This document shows, one piece after another, positions 45,902 to 58,651 of a DNA stretch of 64,000 nt. The notes below the pieces were generated by a model, which was not told where the DNA came from, ran no database searches, and worked only from the letters and a program-made list of their open reading frames with translations. Every line of letters begins with the position of its first letter. The stretch's first letter is position 1. Both the position numbers and the translations under genes were made by a program. The DNA is from Candidatus Atelocyanobacterium thalassae (GTDB lineage: Bacteria > Cyanobacteriota > Cyanobacteriia > Cyanobacteriales > Microcystaceae): NCBI GenBank assembly GCA_051971635.1, contig JBFPLN010000003.1:1-64000 (forward strand). The letters are read 5' to 3'.

Positions 45902-46279
45902 ATTCCTGAGCAATTAAACCTAACCGTGAGCTTAAGGGGAACTCACGAGACAAATGGTAATCACCAAATTTTCCGTTTAACTGGCTTACTAGATGCCTTT
46001 TCTGAACCTATATTCCGTAAAGTTGTTGGAACATATATAGACAAGGGCCCTTACGATATTATTCTGGTCCTAACTCAAATTGACTTTGTAGATAGTTCAG
46101 GATTGGGAGCATTAGTACAGTTAGTTAAACAAGCCCAAAATCATAATGGAATTTTACAAGTTGTTACTAACCCTAGGGTTACGCAAACTGTGAAACTAGT
46201 ACGTTTAGAAGAATTCTTATCTTTACAAACAACTTTAGAAGATGCTATTTCTCATCTTAAAAATAAGAAAAATAGTTAG
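45902..46279 (+). CDS. STAS-domain anti-sigma factor antagonist; probable ATT start at 45902 (ORF track uses GTG at 45926)
   Basis: FVDSSGLGALV phospho-Ser motif; AGGAG at 45891-45895 lies 6 nt before an in-frame ATT. Confidence 0.88.
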   Translation: MPEQLNLTVSLRGTHETNGNHQIFRLTGLLDAFSEPIFRKVVGTYIDKGPYDIILVLTQIDFVDSSGLGALVQLVKQAQNHNGILQVVTNPRVTQTVKLVRLEEFLSLQTTLEDAISHLKNKKNS

Positions 46280-46327
46280 AATGTTGATTCTCTCAGTGTT
46301 AAACCAAGTCAATATTTTTAGTATGGT

Positions 46328-46741
46328 ATGATAAAAAAATGTTACCCTGATGTTGGTTTCCAAATGTCCGTACAAATGAAAGACCATAATAGCATTGACC
46401 GATTATCTCCTGCTTTTTTAGCCTATATCGGTGATGCTGTTTACGAACTTTATGTGCGTACAGCTTATTTATTACCTCCGCGTAAATTAGCCGATTATCA
46501 TAATCAGGTTGTTGCGCAAGTTAGAGCAGAAACTCAAGCAGCAGCTTTACAACAATTACAACCATATTTAACAGAGACTGAGAAAGATATTGTTAGACGG
46601 GGAAGAAATGCTACGACTAGCCATCCCCGTCGTTTAAAACCAGAAATTTATCAACAGGCAACCAGTTTGGAAACACTCATAGGTTATTTATATTTACAAG
46701 ACTCTCAACGACTAAATGAAATACTTAAAAGTTTAGTTTAA
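46328..46741 (+). CDS. mrnC: Mini-ribonuclease III; start uncertain
   Basis: [32 protein letters not shown]. Confidence 0.9.
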   Translation: MIKKCYPDVGFQMSVQMKDHNSIDRLSPAFLAYIGDAVYELYVRTAYLLPPRKLADYHNQVVAQVRAETQAAALQQLQPYLTETEKDIVRRGRNATTSHPRRLKPEIYQQATSLETLIGYLYLQDSQRLNEILKSLV

Positions 46742-46766
46742 TAATTTCAATTTTGAGAGAAAAATT

Positions 46767-47666
46767 ATGTTTAATAAGTCAACTCCCAATAGCCATAACA
46801 ATCAGTTAGAGAAAAAAAAATCTTTTAGAAAGAAAACTAATTCTGTTTCTGGTAATTTAAGTCCAAAAATATCAAAATCTCATGAAGATGATGACTTAGT
46901 ATACGGACGTCATGCCGTTCTTGCAGCTCTAGAGAATGATCGTCAACTAAATCGTATATGGATTACTAATAGACTTCATCATGATTCTCGTTTTTATAAT
47001 CTCCTACAAATATCAAAAAACAAAGGTGCAATAATAGATGAAGTTTCTCTCCAACGTTTATCTCAAATTACTAATGGTTCTAATCATCAAGGAATAGCTG
47101 CTCAAGTTTCTCCTTACTATTACTACACCTTAGATAAATTAATTACTCGAGCTAAACAAAAAAGTGATCAACCAGTTATCATAATCGCTGATGGTATTGT
47201 TGACCCCCAAAATTTAGGAGCCATTATTCGCACTTCTGAATCTATGGGTTGTCAAGGATTGATTATTCCTCAGAGAAGAGCTGCTAGTATTACTTCATCT
47301 GTAGCTAAAGTTGCTGCAGGCGCTTTAGAATCTTTCCCTGTTGCTAGAGTCATTAATTTAAACCGTGCTTTAGAAACTTTAAAGACTGAAGGGTTTTGGA
47401 TTTATGGAACAGTAGCCCAAGGAGGGAAAAAGTTGCCTGGGTTTAACTTTTCTGGTGCTATTGGTTTAGTTATAGGTTCAGAAGGCAACGGATTGAACTT
47501 ACTTACTCAACGTTGCTGCGATGAGCTTTTATCAATTCCTTTGGAGGGAAAAACTGCTAGTTTAAATGCTTCTATCGCTACTTCAATTAGTATTTACGAA
47601 ATTTTTCGTTCTCGTTTTACTGATAAGAATAATAATCTAAATAACCTTCTTACTAAGAAAAAATAA
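46767..47666 (+). CDS. rlmB: 23S rRNA Gm2251 2'-O-methyltransferase
   Basis: [34 protein letters not shown] motifs. Confidence 0.93.
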   Translation: MFNKSTPNSHNNQLEKKKSFRKKTNSVSGNLSPKISKSHEDDDLVYGRHAVLAALENDRQLNRIWITNRLHHDSRFYNLLQISKNKGAIIDEVSLQRLSQITNGSNHQGIAAQVSPYYYYTLDKLITRAKQKSDQPVIIIADGIVDPQNLGAIIRTSESMGCQGLIIPQRRAASITSSVAKVAAGALESFPVARVINLNRALETLKTEGFWIYGTVAQGGKKLPGFNFSGAIGLVIGSEGNGLNLLTQRCCDELLSIPLEGKTASLNASIATSISIYEIFRSRFTDKNNNLNNLLTKKK

Positions 47667-47860
47667 CAAATATTAAAACCATATTTTTAGTAATAATACT
47701 AAATTGTTGTTCTGTCTCCCCATCTTAGAGAGAGCAACTATTTGTAGCATTTAATTTTTTATAATACTGACAATTTTGTTTTACATGATTAGTTGATTAA
47801 AAAATTACCATATGAAATAAAAATGCTACGATAATAGCAAAAATATATAGATATAAATTT

Positions 47861-49432
47861 ATGTTACAGACACCTATATCACCGGTAGTTTTGGTGATTT
47901 TAGATGGTTGGGGTTACCGTCTTGATAAAGATTATAATGCAATTAAAATAGCTAGAACTCCTGTAATGGACTGTTTATGGGAAGTATATCCAAAAACACT
48001 TATCGAAACATCAGGCAAAGATGTAGGTCTTCCAGAAGGGCAGATGGGTAATTCAGAGGTTGGCCATCTTAACTTAGGCTCAGGACGTATTGTTCCTCAA
48101 GAATTAGTCAGAATTTCTAATACAATTTATGATAAGTCATTTTATAAAAATGAAATTCTAGTAAATCTTTGCAAAAAAGTTAAATCTTGTCAAAGCAAAT
48201 TACATTTGATCGGCTTATGTTCTGAGGGAGGAGTACATTCCCATTTGGATCATTTATTAGAATTACTAAACTTGGCTAAACAAAAAGAGCTAACAGATGT
48301 TTGTATCCATGTAATTACAGATGGGAGAGATACGAAAAAAACTGATGGTATTCAATGTATTAGTAAAATATATGAACATATTGAAAAGGTAGGTTTAGGA
48401 CGTATCTCTACAATAAGTGGACGCTATTACGCGATGGATCGAGATCAGCGCTGGGAGAGGACTAAGCTGGCTTACGACATTATTACACAGGATGCATTTG
48501 AGAGTAAATATTCTGCACTTGACGTACTGAAAAATTCTTATAAAGAAGATAAAACTGATGAATTTATTGTTCCTACTCGAGTCGATACTGGAGCTATTGA
48601 AGAAGGAGATGGAGTAATTTTTTTTAATTTCAGATCAGATAGAACTCGTCAATTATGTTCTGCTTTAATAGATAAAAGTTTTAAAAAATTTGATAGGAAA
48701 TTGATTATTCCGCTAGATTTTGTCACTTTTACCAAATATGATGATCAATTCACCGCAAAGGTTGCCTTTAAATCTGAGAATATTTCTCATACCTTAGGAG
48801 AAGTTATATCTAACCATGGCTTAAAGCAATTACGTATAGCAGAAACAGAAAAATACCCTCATGTAACTTATTTTTTTAATGGAGGTATAGAAAAACCTTT
48901 TAAAGGTGAAGTACGAGAATTAATCCAAAGTCCCATGGTTTCAACATATGATGAGGCTCCAGAAATGTCTGCTAAGAAAGTTACTAATAAAGCTTGCTTG
49001 GAAATGGAAAAAGGTATTTATTCTTTAATAGTAATCAATTATGCTAACCCTGACATGGTAGGTCATACTGGAAATATGCAAGCAACAATAAAAGCTATTG
49101 AAACTATAGATAATTGCTTAGGGATATTATTATCGAGTATTAGTAAAGTTGGAGGTACTACCTTAATTACTGCCGATCATGGTAATGCTGAAACTATGAA
49201 AGTTAATAATAATATTCTCACTTCTCATACTCTTAATCCAGTTCCTTTGATTATTATAGAAGGTGAAAAAAGGAAAATACCCGGTTATGGTGGAAATGTG
49301 GTTCTTAGAGAAGATAGTAAATTATCTGATATTGCTCCAACAATTCTTCAAATACTTGGAATTCAGAAACCTTTAGAAATGACAGGAAAATCATGTTATG
49401 AAGACACTGTAGACACAAAAAAATCTAGCTAA
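47861..49432 (+). CDS. gpmI: 2,3-bisphosphoglycerate-independent phosphoglycerate mutase
   Basis: LDGWG, MGNSEVGH, DGRD, AETEKYPHVT, NPDMVGH, TADHGN. Confidence 0.97.
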   Translation: MLQTPISPVVLVILDGWGYRLDKDYNAIKIARTPVMDCLWEVYPKTLIETSGKDVGLPEGQMGNSEVGHLNLGSGRIVPQELVRISNTIYDKSFYKNEILVNLCKKVKSCQSKLHLIGLCSEGGVHSHLDHLLELLNLAKQKELTDVCIHVITDGRDTKKTDGIQCISKIYEHIEKVGLGRISTISGRYYAMDRDQRWERTKLAYDIITQDAFESKYSALDVLKNSYKEDKTDEFIVPTRVDTGAIEEGDGVIFFNFRSDRTRQLCSALIDKSFKKFDRKLIIPLDFVTFTKYDDQFTAKVAFKSENISHTLGEVISNHGLKQLRIAETEKYPHVTYFFNGGIEKPFKGEVRELIQSPMVSTYDEAPEMSAKKVTNKACLEMEKGIYSLIVINYANPDMVGHTGNMQATIKAIETIDNCLGILLSSISKVGGTTLITADHGNAETMKVNNNILTSHTLNPVPLIIIEGEKRKIPGYGGNVVLREDSKLSDIAPTILQILGIQKPLEMTGKSCYEDTVDTKKSS

Positions 49433-49484
49433 TACTATTATTATTGAATATAATAATATGCAATAATCGTAACATATTATACTT

Positions 49485-49718
49485 ATGAATTTTTCACAGC
49501 TTTTACAGATAATTTGGACTATTTCTGCTGTTTTCTTAATTTTTCTTATTCTTTTACATAGTCCCAAAGGTGATGGATTAGGTGGAATTGGTGGGCAAGC
49601 CCAACTGTTTACATCTACTAAAAGTGCTGAAAAAACTTTAAATCAAATAACCTGGACTCTTAGTACCATATTTATAGCTATTACAATTATATTAAGTGCA
49701 GGATGGCTGGGATCTTAA
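49485..49718 (+). CDS. secG: Preprotein translocase subunit SecG
   Basis: LLHSPKGDG, AEKTLN; two TMs; conserved gpmI-secG order. Confidence 0.95.
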   Translation: MNFSQLLQIIWTISAVFLIFLILLHSPKGDGLGGIGGQAQLFTSTKSAEKTLNQITWTLSTIFIAITIILSAGWLGS

Positions 49719-49771
49719 ATATTTAATTTAATAGTTTTAGGAGATTTGATATTGTGATTAAAAGTACTTAA

Positions 49772-49809
49772 TTGAAGAACTATAAATGAAATTAATTATA
49801 GTTCTTCAA
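49772..49809. terminator. 14-bp inverted repeat between convergent secG and rnhA
   Basis: TTGAAGAACTATAA-10nt-TTATAGTTCTTCAA. Confidence 0.75.
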
Positions 49810-49878
49810 AAGAAGACTAAAAATACTTTTAAAAACTAAATAACAAACATAATTTTCTGTATCAAGTTTTCTAAAAGT

Positions 49879-50352
49879 TTAATGAACTACACTTTCAAAA
49901 ACTTTATCTATAAATAATTCCATCTTTTTAGAGGCAAAAACGGCTAATTGATCGCAACGTTCATTCTCAGGATGCCCAGCATGTCCTTTAACCCATATGA
50001 ACTGAACATTATGTTTTGTACATAAATCTAATAGCCTCTTCCATAAGTCAGAATTTTTAGCTACTTCTTGTTTATTACGTTTCCAATTGTTAGCTTGCCA
50101 TTTACTGGCCCATCCTTTATTCATACTGTCTACTACATACCGAGAGTCAGAGTAGATACTTACATTACAAGATTTTGTTAAAGCTTCTAATCCAATAATA
50201 ATAGATATCATTTCCATACGATTATTAGTTGTAAGTCTATATCCTCCTGATAATTCTTTCCTATACTTATCAAAGACTAATATTGTCCCATAACCTCCTT
50301 GACCAGGATTACCAGAACAAGCTCCATCAGTATAGATTTTTAATTTTTTCAA
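49879..50352 (-). CDS. rnhA: Ribonuclease HI (TTG start)
   Basis: YTDGAC.GNPG, TTNNRME, DS.Y, WVKGHAG..ENERCD. Confidence 0.96.
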   Translation of the reverse strand: MKKLKIYTDGACSGNPGQGGYGTILVFDKYRKELSGGYRLTTNNRMEMISIIIGLEALTKSCNVSIYSDSRYVVDSMNKGWASKWQANNWKRNKQEVAKNSDLWKRLLDLCTKHNVQFIWVKGHAGHPENERCDQLAVFASKKMELFIDKVFESVVH

Positions 50353-50447
50353 AATTATATGCCTTTCTTTTTAACTTATTACTTGTCTAGCATTTTCTAA
50401 ATATTAATTGTAGCCTTAATAATTATTGGTTTAATCTATGTAGCTTT

Positions 50448-50523
50448 TATTTAATGTAATTGTTTAATGATGAAGGAATATGAAATAGGATATTTCTTCA
50501 TCATTAAACAATTACATTAAATA
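50448..50523. repeat. 34-bp near-perfect inverted repeat overlapping the hpnH stop codon
   Basis: TATTTAATGTAATTGTTTAATGATGAAG(G)AATAT-8nt-ATATT(T)CTTCATCATTAAACAATTACATTAAATA; 28 perfect pairs, 1 mismatch, 5 pairs. Confidence 0.95.
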
Positions 50524-51533
50524 TTAATAATACTGCTTAAAGCTCTTCTCATATTAACAAAGTTCATAGCATCGGCAGCAGCTGTCGGTTCATAGCCACA
50601 ATGTACCATACAGTCTTTACATTGCGGATTTTCACTCTTATGGCCATAATTTTCCCAGTTAGTATTACTAATTAACTCTTTGAAAGTTTCATAGTGCCCT
50701 TCATTGAGTAAATAGCAAGGTTTTTGCCACCCTAAAACACTATAACTTGGACTTCCCCAAGGAGTACATTCATAATCCTTTTCCCCCATTAAAAAATCTA
50801 AAAACAAAGGATTATGATTAAAATTCCAATTTTTTTGACCTAATTTCCATGGCATTAATATTTCTTGGAATAAAGCTTTTGTTTGTTCTCGTTTTAGAAA
50901 GTGCTGTTGATCTGGAGCCCATTCATAACTATATCCTGGGGAAATCATCGTACCATCAGTATTTAAAGTTTCTAAGAAGTCAAGGAACTTTTGTACTTCT
51001 TGAGGATCTGCACCTTCAAAAATAGTAGTATTGGTGGTTACTCGAAATCCTTGAGCTTTAGCCTTTTTAATAGCATTAACAGCTTTTTGAAAAACTCCCT
51101 TACGATCTACACATTTATCATGATATTCTTCTAGTCCATCAAGATGTACACTAAAAGCAAAGTATGGAGAAGGTTTAAACTTATTTAAACTTTTTTCTAA
51201 AAGAAGTGCATTAGTACATAAATATACAAATTTTTTGCGTTTAATTAGACCTTCAACAATTTCGTCAATTTGTGGATGAAGTAACGGCTCTCCACCTGGA
51301 ATCGAAACAACCGGAGCTCCACATTCCTCAACTGCTGCAAAACATTGTGAAGGAGTAAGGTTACGAGATAAAACTTCAGGAGAATGCTGAATTTTACCGC
51401 ATCCTGAGCAGGCTAAGTTGCAACGAAATAAAGGTTCTAGCATCAGTACTATAGGAAAATATTGACGACCCTGTAAACGTTGTTTGATTATATAAGCACC
51501 AACTTTAAGTGCTTGTTTTAGTTGAACAGCCAT
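50517..51533 (-). CDS. hpnH: Adenosyl-hopane synthase (hopanoid radical SAM)
   Basis: [47 protein letters not shown]. Confidence 0.95.
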   Translation of the reverse strand: MAVQLKQALKVGAYIIKQRLQGRQYFPIVLMLEPLFRCNLACSGCGKIQHSPEVLSRNLTPSQCFAAVEECGAPVVSIPGGEPLLHPQIDEIVEGLIKRKKFVYLCTNALLLEKSLNKFKPSPYFAFSVHLDGLEEYHDKCVDRKGVFQKAVNAIKKAKAQGFRVTTNTTIFEGADPQEVQKFLDFLETLNTDGTMISPGYSYEWAPDQQHFLKREQTKALFQEILMPWKLGQKNWNFNHNPLFLDFLMGEKDYECTPWGSPSYSVLGWQKPCYLLNEGHYETFKELISNTNWENYGHKSENPQCKDCMVHCGYEPTAAADAMNFVNMRRALSSIINI

Positions 51534-51761
51534 AAAATTTTCTCACACCTTTTATTTTCTAAATATTATAGACTTTCTTAGATATTATTTATGATATGTA
51601 GAGAAAATATCTAAGCTACGCAAAATTTTAAGATGAATCATCAGAAATTTATAATTATTAAAATAATTTGATAAGTGGCTGTTAAATATTCTTAAGGAGA
51701 ATATGTCAGAATAAAAATATAAAAAGTCGATTTTTATAAACTTATCTTACTCACAAATTTT

Positions 51762-53573
51762 ATGACTAATGTTCCTGTTTCACAAATTCGAAATTTTTCT
51801 ATCATTGCTCACATTGATCATGGTAAGTCAACATTGGCAGATAGGATGTTACAAGCAACTAACACAGTTACACAGAGAGAAATGAAAGAACAGTTTCTCG
51901 ATAATATGGATCTTGAAAGAGAAAGAGGTATCACAATAAAGCTTCAAGCGGCGAGAATGGAGTACAAATCAAAAGATGGTAAAGAATATATAATTAACCT
52001 TATTGATACTCCTGGCCATGTTGATTTTTCTTATGAAGTTTCTCGCTCTTTAGCTGCTTGTGAAGGAGCTTTATTGGTAGTAGACTCCTCACAAGGTGTA
52101 GAAGCACAAACTTTAGCGAATGTTTATCTCGCACTAGAAAATAATCTAGAAATTATTCCAGTTTTAAATAAGATAGATTTACCAGGTTCAGAACCAGAAA
52201 GAGTATCTAGTGAAATAGAAGAAGTTATTGGATTAGATTGTACTGATATTATTAAAGCTTCAGCCAAAGCAGGGATTGGAATTGATGAAATTTTAGAATC
52301 TATCGTGAAATTAGTTCCTCCACCTCAAGATACGATTGACAAGCCTTTACGAGCATTGATTTTTGATAGTTATTACGATGCTTATCGCGGAGTCATAGTT
52401 TATTTTCGAATCATGGATGGAGTGATGAAAAAAGGAGATCTCATTTATCTAATGGCTTCTGAAAAAGAATACGAAATTGACGAACTAGGAATCCTCTCCC
52501 CTAATCAAATAGAAGTAGAATCACTTCATGCAGGTGAAGTAGGATATTTCTCTGCGGCAATTAAAACAGTTAAAGATGCAAGAGTAGGAGACACAATAAC
52601 TAGTGTTGAAGAACCAGCTAAAGATCCTCTACACGGTTATACAGAAGCAAAACCAATGGTATTTTGTGGCTTATTTCCTATTGATTCAGATCAGTATGAA
52701 GATTTACGTGAATCTTTGAAAAAGTTAAAGCTTAATGATGCAGCCCTTGCATATGAACCAGAAACTTCCAGTGCGATGGGATTTGGATTCCGTTGTGGTT
52801 TTCTTGGCTTACTTCATATGGAAGTTGTTCAGGAACGATTGGAAAGAGAATATAATTTGGATTTAATAACTACAGCGCCCTCAGTAATTTATCGTGTTAC
52901 TACTGTAGACGGAAAAGTAACAGAAATAGATAATCCTAGCTTGCTTCCTGTACCTCAACAACAAGAAAAAGTTGAAGAGCCATATATTAAAGTAGAAATG
53001 ATTACTCCTGAGATCCATATTGGAACTCTAATGGAACTATGTCAAAGTCGTAGAGGTATATTTAAAGAAATTCGTTATTTTACTCTATCTAGAACTGCTT
53101 TAATCTATGAGTTACCTCTAGCAGAAGTAGTTACAGATTTTTTTGATCAACTCAAATCAAGATCAAAAGGCTATGCGAGTATGGAATATGAATTAATAGG
53201 CTATAGAACCAATTCTCTCGTAAAACTAGACATCTTAGTTAATGGAGATAACGTAGATGCTCTCGCTATGATTGTTCATCGTGACAAAGCATATTACGTA
53301 GGTCGTGCCTTAACTGAAAAATTAAAAGAGCTAATTCCTCGTCACCAGTTTAAGGTTCCAATACAAGCAGCTATTGGTGCGAAAGTTATTGCTAGTGAAC
53401 ATATTCCTGCATTACGAAAAGATGTATTAGCTAAATGTTATGGAGGAGATATATCACGCAAGAAAAAACTGTTACAAAAACAAGCAAAAGGTAAAAAAAG
53501 AATGAAATCAATTGGTACAGTGGATGTTCCTCAAGAAGCATTTATGGCAGTTTTAAAACTTGAACCACAGTAA
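51762..53573 (+). CDS. lepA: Elongation factor 4 (LepA)
   Basis: [39 protein letters not shown]. Confidence 0.98.
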   Translation: MTNVPVSQIRNFSIIAHIDHGKSTLADRMLQATNTVTQREMKEQFLDNMDLERERGITIKLQAARMEYKSKDGKEYIINLIDTPGHVDFSYEVSRSLAACEGALLVVDSSQGVEAQTLANVYLALENNLEIIPVLNKIDLPGSEPERVSSEIEEVIGLDCTDIIKASAKAGIGIDEILESIVKLVPPPQDTIDKPLRALIFDSYYDAYRGVIVYFRIMDGVMKKGDLIYLMASEKEYEIDELGILSPNQIEVESLHAGEVGYFSAAIKTVKDARVGDTITSVEEPAKDPLHGYTEAKPMVFCGLFPIDSDQYEDLRESLKKLKLNDAALAYEPETSSAMGFGFRCGFLGLLHMEVVQERLEREYNLDLITTAPSVIYRVTTVDGKVTEIDNPSLLPVPQQQEKVEEPYIKVEMITPEIHIGTLMELCQSRRGIFKEIRYFTLSRTALIYELPLAEVVTDFFDQLKSRSKGYASMEYELIGYRTNSLVKLDILVNGDNVDALAMIVHRDKAYYVGRALTEKLKELIPRHQFKVPIQAAIGAKVIASEHIPALRKDVLAKCYGGDISRKKKLLQKQAKGKKRMKSIGTVDVPQEAFMAVLKLEPQ

Positions 53574-53809
53574 ATACAAGACAATGAAGTAATTACTTTA
53601 TACACCTAGTGTACTTTTTAGATACTGATACTATGCGGAAATTTATATTCTTAGCTAAAAATATCTATTTTATATACTTTACAAATGTTATCAGTACTAT
53701 TCTTTTTACTTCAATATTGCGATGTGGTTTAATTCTAATAATCCAGTTAAATAATATTTAGTTATTTCAATATTTACGATAGATAAGAGAGTAATCTGAA
53801 AAAAATTAT

Positions 53810-54589
53810 CTAATTATTTATGCCTATAAATCCATAATCTTGAAAAGTATTTTGAATACTTTCTGTTAATAGAAAGTTTATGAATTTTTTGGCTTCATTG
53901 ATATTTTGGCCGTCTTTAACTATCGCAATTTGATATGTTATTGGTGAATGAAGACTATAAGGTATGTTTGTCAATGTAATATCACTAGAATCTTTTACAT
54001 CAGTAGTATAAACAATTCCAAGATCTGCATTTCCACTTTCTACATAAAAAAGAACTTGGCGTACATTTTTTCCAAAAATAAACTTTGGCTCTAGTTTGTC
54101 GTAAATTTGTAGTGATTTTAAAGCTTCTTTCGCATATTGTCCAGCAGGTACACTTCCTGGTTCTCCTAACGCAAGTTTTTCAAATTTACCCTTTATTAAA
54201 GTATTAAAATTAATCTTTTGTATTGATTTATTTGATGCAACTAAAACCATTGTATTTTTTAAGAATATCTTACTGCTTTCCTTGATTAATAAATCCTTTC
54301 TTAATAAAAAATCTATTTGTTTTGAAGACGCAGAAATTAAAATATCTACAGGAGCTCCTCGTTCGACTTGCTGTTGTAAGGCTCCAGAAGAACCGCTGTT
54401 ATATACAATGTCGATATTAGGGTTCTCTTTTTGATAAATATCTTTTACTAACTTCATAACACTATACATACTAGATGGAACTGATATAAATAATTGGTTA
54501 TTATAGTTTTTTTTCTTATTAGAATTAGATATTGTACAAGCAGCTATGGAAGTTAAAAAACTAAGTGCAACAAATTTTTTTCTGTTCAT
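53810..54589 (-). CDS. modA: Molybdate ABC transporter substrate-binding lipoprotein
   Basis: Lipobox IAAC, GSSGAL.QQ..RGAP.D...SA, VPAG.Y, NVRQVL.YVE.G.AD.G.VY.TD. Confidence 0.92.
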   Translation of the reverse strand: MNRKKFVALSFLTSIAACTISNSNKKKNYNNQLFISVPSSMYSVMKLVKDIYQKENPNIDIVYNSGSSGALQQQVERGAPVDILISASSKQIDFLLRKDLLIKESSKIFLKNTMVLVASNKSIQKINFNTLIKGKFEKLALGEPGSVPAGQYAKEALKSLQIYDKLEPKFIFGKNVRQVLFYVESGNADLGIVYTTDVKDSSDITLTNIPYSLHSPITYQIAIVKDGQNINEAKKFINFLLTESIQNTFQDYGFIGINN

Positions 54590-54952
54590 AATTAATCTTC
54601 TATTATTTTAGTCAAAAATTATTTTCATAATAACTAAAGCAAAAATTGAACAAAAGTAACTATTAACATTACAATACTTTATTATATTTTTATTTACTGA
54701 AAACTATTTAAATTAATGATGAGAATCAAGTAGTAGAATTTACTCTGATTACTAATAAATTATTATTTACCAATAATTTACACATACTTTATGTTACAGG
54801 AAAATCAACTTACTTGTACTTAATTAAGTAACTCTTATTTTCACTTCATAATTAATTATATGTATATTCTAAACTTATATGTATTACGAATAATTTTAAA
54901 TATATATAAAACATATATTATCTAAAGTATAAAAAATATTTTTATTTATTAA

Positions 54953-56599
<1,647 letters not shown>

Positions 56600-56809
56600 A
56601 TAAATATTATAAGAAAAGATTTTTTACGATCTAATAATTTATGCTAAATTACTATTATCGATCTTTTAAAAAGAAAATAGAGAAAACTTTTTTCTTATAT
56701 CTTATCTAAAAGTCGTTATTATAAACGAAGCTGATATTTGTCAAATATTAACTATTCTTTGTATATTTTATTCTAGACAACCACTTAGCAATTTTATATA
56801 AATAACATC

Positions 56810-57085
56810 ATGATTGACGCAACTGTCAATACAATTGAAGAATTTGATCTTTCTCGTGAAGAGAGAGTCATTGAAATTCAAAACCTCATTGAAACCTTGC
56901 GTATTGCTGATGAAATAGCTGAAAAAGGCTATTTAATTACCAGTTCCGAATTAGCTGATTTAATGGATATTAATGCTAGTGCTGTTACAAGTCGTGGTGA
57001 TCATTGGTCATGGCGAAACTGGGTAGTTTCTAGAGTTCGTAGAGAAGGAAACCAAATTCTTTGGCAACTAGAAAAGATTGATTAA
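56810..57085 (+). CDS. Conserved small cyanobacterial protein, possible HTH
   Basis: GYLITSSELADLMDINASAVTSRG, W.WRNW.VSRVRREGNQILW; protein-like composition. Confidence 0.75.
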   Translation: MIDATVNTIEEFDLSREERVIEIQNLIETLRIADEIAEKGYLITSSELADLMDINASAVTSRGDHWSWRNWVVSRVRREGNQILWQLEKID

Positions 57086-57381
57086 AAGTTAGAGACTTTT
57101 AGTACTATGAAATAAAAGTCTAGATATAGACTAATTTAATCTTTGAATACTGACCGCAAATTACTCTTAACAATTGAATTATATTTAAAGACTAAGAAGT
57201 TATGCTTGTCAAAATATTAGGTTTCCTAATATAGTTCATATTATTTATTGAGAATATGATAAAAATGTTACACTAATCATATTCTCTCTTTCCCATTTTT
57301 TATTAAGTTTTTGACACATAGATATACTTTGATAAGGTTCATGCTCAAATATAAATTTATGCTGAGGATTTAAGGATAATA

Positions 57382-58395
57382 GTGATACAGTCTATGCTTA
57401 GTAAAGTCAAGTCCAAGAAAGTCCTTAATATTCATGTACTTTCTGTTTTTACTTCTATTTCTGTTCATATCTTAGCTTTATTTCTGGCCAATCTTAACTT
57501 GAATAATATACTGTTTGTTAAACAAAAAACAGTACATAAAAATTCTGAAAGTGTTCAGGTAGTAGAGTTAGATCCTATTGAAGAAGTTGAAACGTTAGCT
57601 CAACCTTTACAGTCTTTGAATATTCAGAATTCCTCTAAATATAATAATTCAGCAATAATACCTAAAACTTTCCTTCCAGATACTCCTAAACGCTTATCCA
57701 CCTCTCCAATAACGAATTTTGCAGAAGACAAGAATGATACTTTGACAAAAGATAAACCAGTTATTAAACCAACAAATAAACCTACGAAAAATAATTTAAG
57801 GGAGAATGAAATTAAAGAAATAGAGTTACCTAAAAAAAAATTATTGAATGATAAACCTGTAGATGAAAGTGAAGATATTAACACTCAACAAAAAGAACAA
57901 CTAGGTGAATCAATTCAAGAGTATTCGTCCTTTGAGAAACTTCGTATAAAACAAATGCGACAGAATAAAATTGCAGAAAATCTATTAAAAGAAACATTAA
58001 AGGGATCTGAAAAATTAATTTATAATCACATAGGTACCCAAAGAGCAGAAGCTAGACAAAAAGATATAGAATGGATGCAAAAAACAGGAATAGCTTTAAA
58101 GCTGAATCAAATGATAACTATTGAAGGCAGTTATCCAAAAAGCGCCTGTAATTTAAACTTAAGAGGCTCTGCTGTTTATAATATCTTTGTAAATAAAAGT
58201 GGAAAATTAAATGGTTCACCTTTTATGACACAAAGTTCAGGCTATGGTATTTTAAACGATCAAGGATTAGATGATATAAAATCATATAATTTTTCTCAAT
58301 CGACTAGAGTACGTGTTATATTTCAACCCAATTATGATAAATGCCCTAATTTAACTAAGATAGATAGTCCTATGTCACCTTCTGATTTAAATTAA
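57382..58395 (+). CDS. TonB-like energy transducer
   Basis: N-terminal TM with S-x3-H (SISVH), Pro/Lys-rich linker, C-terminal YP..A......G....QSSGY..L. Confidence 0.6.
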   Translation: MIQSMLSKVKSKKVLNIHVLSVFTSISVHILALFLANLNLNNILFVKQKTVHKNSESVQVVELDPIEEVETLAQPLQSLNIQNSSKYNNSAIIPKTFLPDTPKRLSTSPITNFAEDKNDTLTKDKPVIKPTNKPTKNNLRENEIKEIELPKKKLLNDKPVDESEDINTQQKEQLGESIQEYSSFEKLRIKQMRQNKIAENLLKETLKGSEKLIYNHIGTQRAEARQKDIEWMQKTGIALKLNQMITIEGSYPKSACNLNLRGSAVYNIFVNKSGKLNGSPFMTQSSGYGILNDQGLDDIKSYNFSQSTRVRVIFQPNYDKCPNLTKIDSPMSPSDLN

Positions 58396-58538
58396 ACCAC
58401 AGATCACTTACATATCAGAAAATAAATCCAACTTATATTCAGACTATATATTTTTGCCAAAATTACTATTACTGAATGTTTCATTTCAATATTTCTTATA
58501 TCATAGTTTTTAAGTCAATCAAGGCTGATATATTGTAA

Positions 58539-58556
58539 GTTGCGCAAGCTCGCAAC
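58539..58556. terminator. Short GC-rich hairpin between convergent TonB-like gene and coaD
   Basis: GTTGCG-CAAGCT-CGCAAC. Confidence 0.4.
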
Positions 58557-58651
58557 ATGAAGTATAAAAACTAGATTTTATAAGCTAAAAAAACATATCC
58601 AATATTTTAAAATTTTTGGAAAAATTAGATATCAACCGCTTTTATAATTAA

